Source: Squalus acanthias
Taxonomy: Eukaryota
Length of the DNA: 64,000 bases
Assembly (NCBI GenBank): GCA_030390025.1
Contig: CM059432.1
Location: forward strand, 144,958,001 to 145,022,000
Direction of reading: 5' to 3'
The position numbers and the translations under genes were made by a program. Below the pieces are notes generated by a model. It was not told the origin of the DNA. It ran no database searches and saw nothing but the letters and a program-made list of their open reading frames with translations. Positions within the stretch are counted from its first letter, which is position 1. Every line of letters starts with the position of its first letter. Below are positions 61,703 to 64,000 of this stretch, piece after piece.

Positions 61703-62536
61703 TACCCACGTGTGTGCATGTGTGTGTAAACTCCTTGCTGGGAGGATAAATTCATAAGATCTATCCTATCCCCTCCCCTCCTCCTCGAGCAGACGCTGAG
61801 ACAAATGGGCATTGCTTGTTCAGAATCATCAGGGCTTTGGTGTAAAGATGATATTTCTGTTCTGTCTAGATTAGCATACAGGGCTATTGTTACAAGACTC
61901 TGTGGAATAGTAAGGAACACGCTTTAAGTATTATACAGGGAGTCCTTAGAATTGGCTGTTCAAAAGTAAACACAAATTCTGAAGGACAAGATTGGTGGTG
62001 CAACTTCTGGGACTGAGTTTGTTATTCCATGTTTGCTCATTTGCATAATTTATTCTGTCGGCGAGACTAGGCTATTTCCCCATGAGACATTGCCCTCTGA
62101 TTCTGCAATAATTTGTCTACTAGTTTAAATTTCTGCCTATCCGATTTATTGGGACTGCAAATATTCCCTAAATACAAATTTTAAATATCACAGCACTGCT
62201 GCTGTCTGGCTTCTCGCTTGGCTCTGTGGTGAGAGTGATTTTCACCTTTATTAAATTGTTACCTTCTTTACATCCCCAGTCAGTCACCAAGAAAGATATT
62301 TAAACTTTCGTTTAAAAACAAGACTTTGACTTGCGGCAACAAACGATTTCCAATCGTAACTCCAGATATTAAAAAAGAATCTGGTCCATCCAGCTAAAGG
62401 CTGCTTTACAACGAGAATGCCAAAGGTTTTTTGAACTAATAATAATTACAAAACTGATTCAACAGTAAGTCACTGAATCAGAGAAACAGGCCATTCAGTC
62501 CACCAGCTCCATGCTGCTGTTTTTCTCCATATGAGG

Positions 62537-63720
62537 CACCCAGTCTAATCCCACTCTCCCGCTCACTCCCCGTACCCTTTAATATCCACCCAGTCTAACC
62601 CACTCTCCTGCTCACTCCCCGCACCCTTTAATATCCCACCCAGTCTAACCCACTCTCCTGCTCACTCCCCGCACCCTTTAATATCCCACCCAGTCTAACC
62701 CACTCTCCTGCTCACTCCCCGCACCCTTTAATATCCCACCCAGTCTAACCCACTCTCCTGCTCACTCCCCATACCCTTTAATATCCCACTCTCTCTTGCT
62801 CAATCCCCGTACCCTTTAATAACCCACCCAGCCTAATCCCACTCTCCCGCTCACTCCCCGTACCCTTTAATATCCCACCCAGCCTAATTCCACTCTCCCC
62901 TCATTCCCCATACCCTTTAATATCCCACCCAGTCTAATCCCACTCTCCTGCTCACTCCCCGTACCCTTTAATATCCCACCCAGTCTGATCACACTCTCGC
63001 CTCACTCCCCATACCCTTTAATATCCCACCCAGACTAATCCAACTCTCTTGCTCCATCCCCATACACTTTAATAACCCGCCCAGTCTAATCCCACTCTCC
63101 CCCTCACTCCCCGCACCCTTTTAATATCCCACCCAGTTTAAGCCCTCTCTCCTGCTCACTCCCTATTCCCTTTAATAACCTACCAAGTCTAATCCCACTC
63201 TCCTGCTCACTCCCTGCACCCTTTAATATCCCACCCAGTCTAATCCCACTCTCGCCTCACTCCCCATACCTTTTAATATCCCACCCAGTTTAAGCCCTCT
63301 CTCCTGCTCACTCCCTATTCCCTTTAATAACCTACCAAGTCTAATCCCACTCTCCTGCTCACTCCCTGTACCCTTTAATATCCCACCCAGTCTAATCCCA
63401 CTCTCCCGCTCACTCCCCGCACCCTTTAATATCCCACCAGTTTAATCCCACTCTCCTGCTCACTCCCCGCACCCTTTAATATCCCACCCAGTCTAATCCC
63501 ACTCTCCCGCTCTCTCCCCGCACCCTTTAATATCCCACCCAGTCTAATCCCACTCTCCCGCTCTCTCCCCGCACCCTTTAATATCCCACCCAGTCTAATC
63601 CCACTCTCCTGCTCACTCCCCGCACCCTTTAATATCTCACCCAGTCTAATCCCACTCTCCTGCTCACTCCCCGCACCCTTTAATATCCCATAAATGTAAT
63701 CCCACTCTCCTGCTCGCTCC
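62537..63720. repeat. About 51-bp minisatellite (about 23 units) derived from a CR1 3' end
   Basis: Unit CCCACCCAGTCTAATCCCACTCTCCTGCTCACTCCCCGCACCCTTTAATAT; its reverse complement resembles the CR1 ..KGYGERAGEWD* end; CR1 tail remnant at 62480-62536. Confidence 0.9.
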
Positions 63721-64000
63721 AGATGCATTTCTCTGTTAGTTATACTATAGGAGCAAGAGATTCCATTTGGAGAACTGTAAGTCCGGTTTCTAGTGCCGTA
63801 AATCTGCCCTTCATGGCGGGAGCATTCTGCAATGATGTGCTGCTGTGCGGTAAATAATTGTCAATATAACACTGTGATCAATGTTCCCTTTAAGCTGCGC
63901 TCCCGGGAACCGCGCAGGGCCAAAAAAATTGCAGGGAACATTGACTGAGTTGTTATTTATAGAAGTTCTGATTGAAACATAAGCCTTTCGGTGCAAACTG

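Overview
Vertebrate genomic DNA, very likely from a cartilaginous fish (inferred from SacSINE1/Deu-type SINEs and abundant CR1/L2 LINEs). Three genes are present. (1) The last coding exon of NT5C3A (+, 584-685). (2) A complete 10-exon FKBP9 (-, ATG 48256, stop 23707; 1701-nt CDS, 566 aa, signal peptide, 4 FKBP-type PPIase domains, 2 EF-hands, C-terminal HDEL). (3) CRTAP (+, ATG 49150): exons 1, 4, 5 and 6 are visible, exons 2-3 are presumably lost in a 500-N gap, and the terminal exon was not securely found. FKBP9 and CRTAP are head-to-head with about 0.9 kb between start codons, and FKBP9 is tail-to-tail with NT5C3A, mirroring the paralogous NT5C3B-FKBP10-P3H4 block. The rest is largely transposon-derived: nested CR1, L2 and CR1/Zenon-like LINEs, Deu-type SINEs, PIF/Harbinger-like non-autonomous elements, two putative solo LTRs, a Penelope-type palindrome with a hammerhead-like core in the probable FKBP9 3'UTR, and three minisatellites (33, 30 and 51 bp units). 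I see no new enzymatic system. The most interesting items are the divergent collagen-chaperone gene pair, the Penelope hairpin and a LINE carrying a tRNA-SINE-like head. All gene and family calls rest on recalled sequences, not on database searches; repeat boundaries are approximate.
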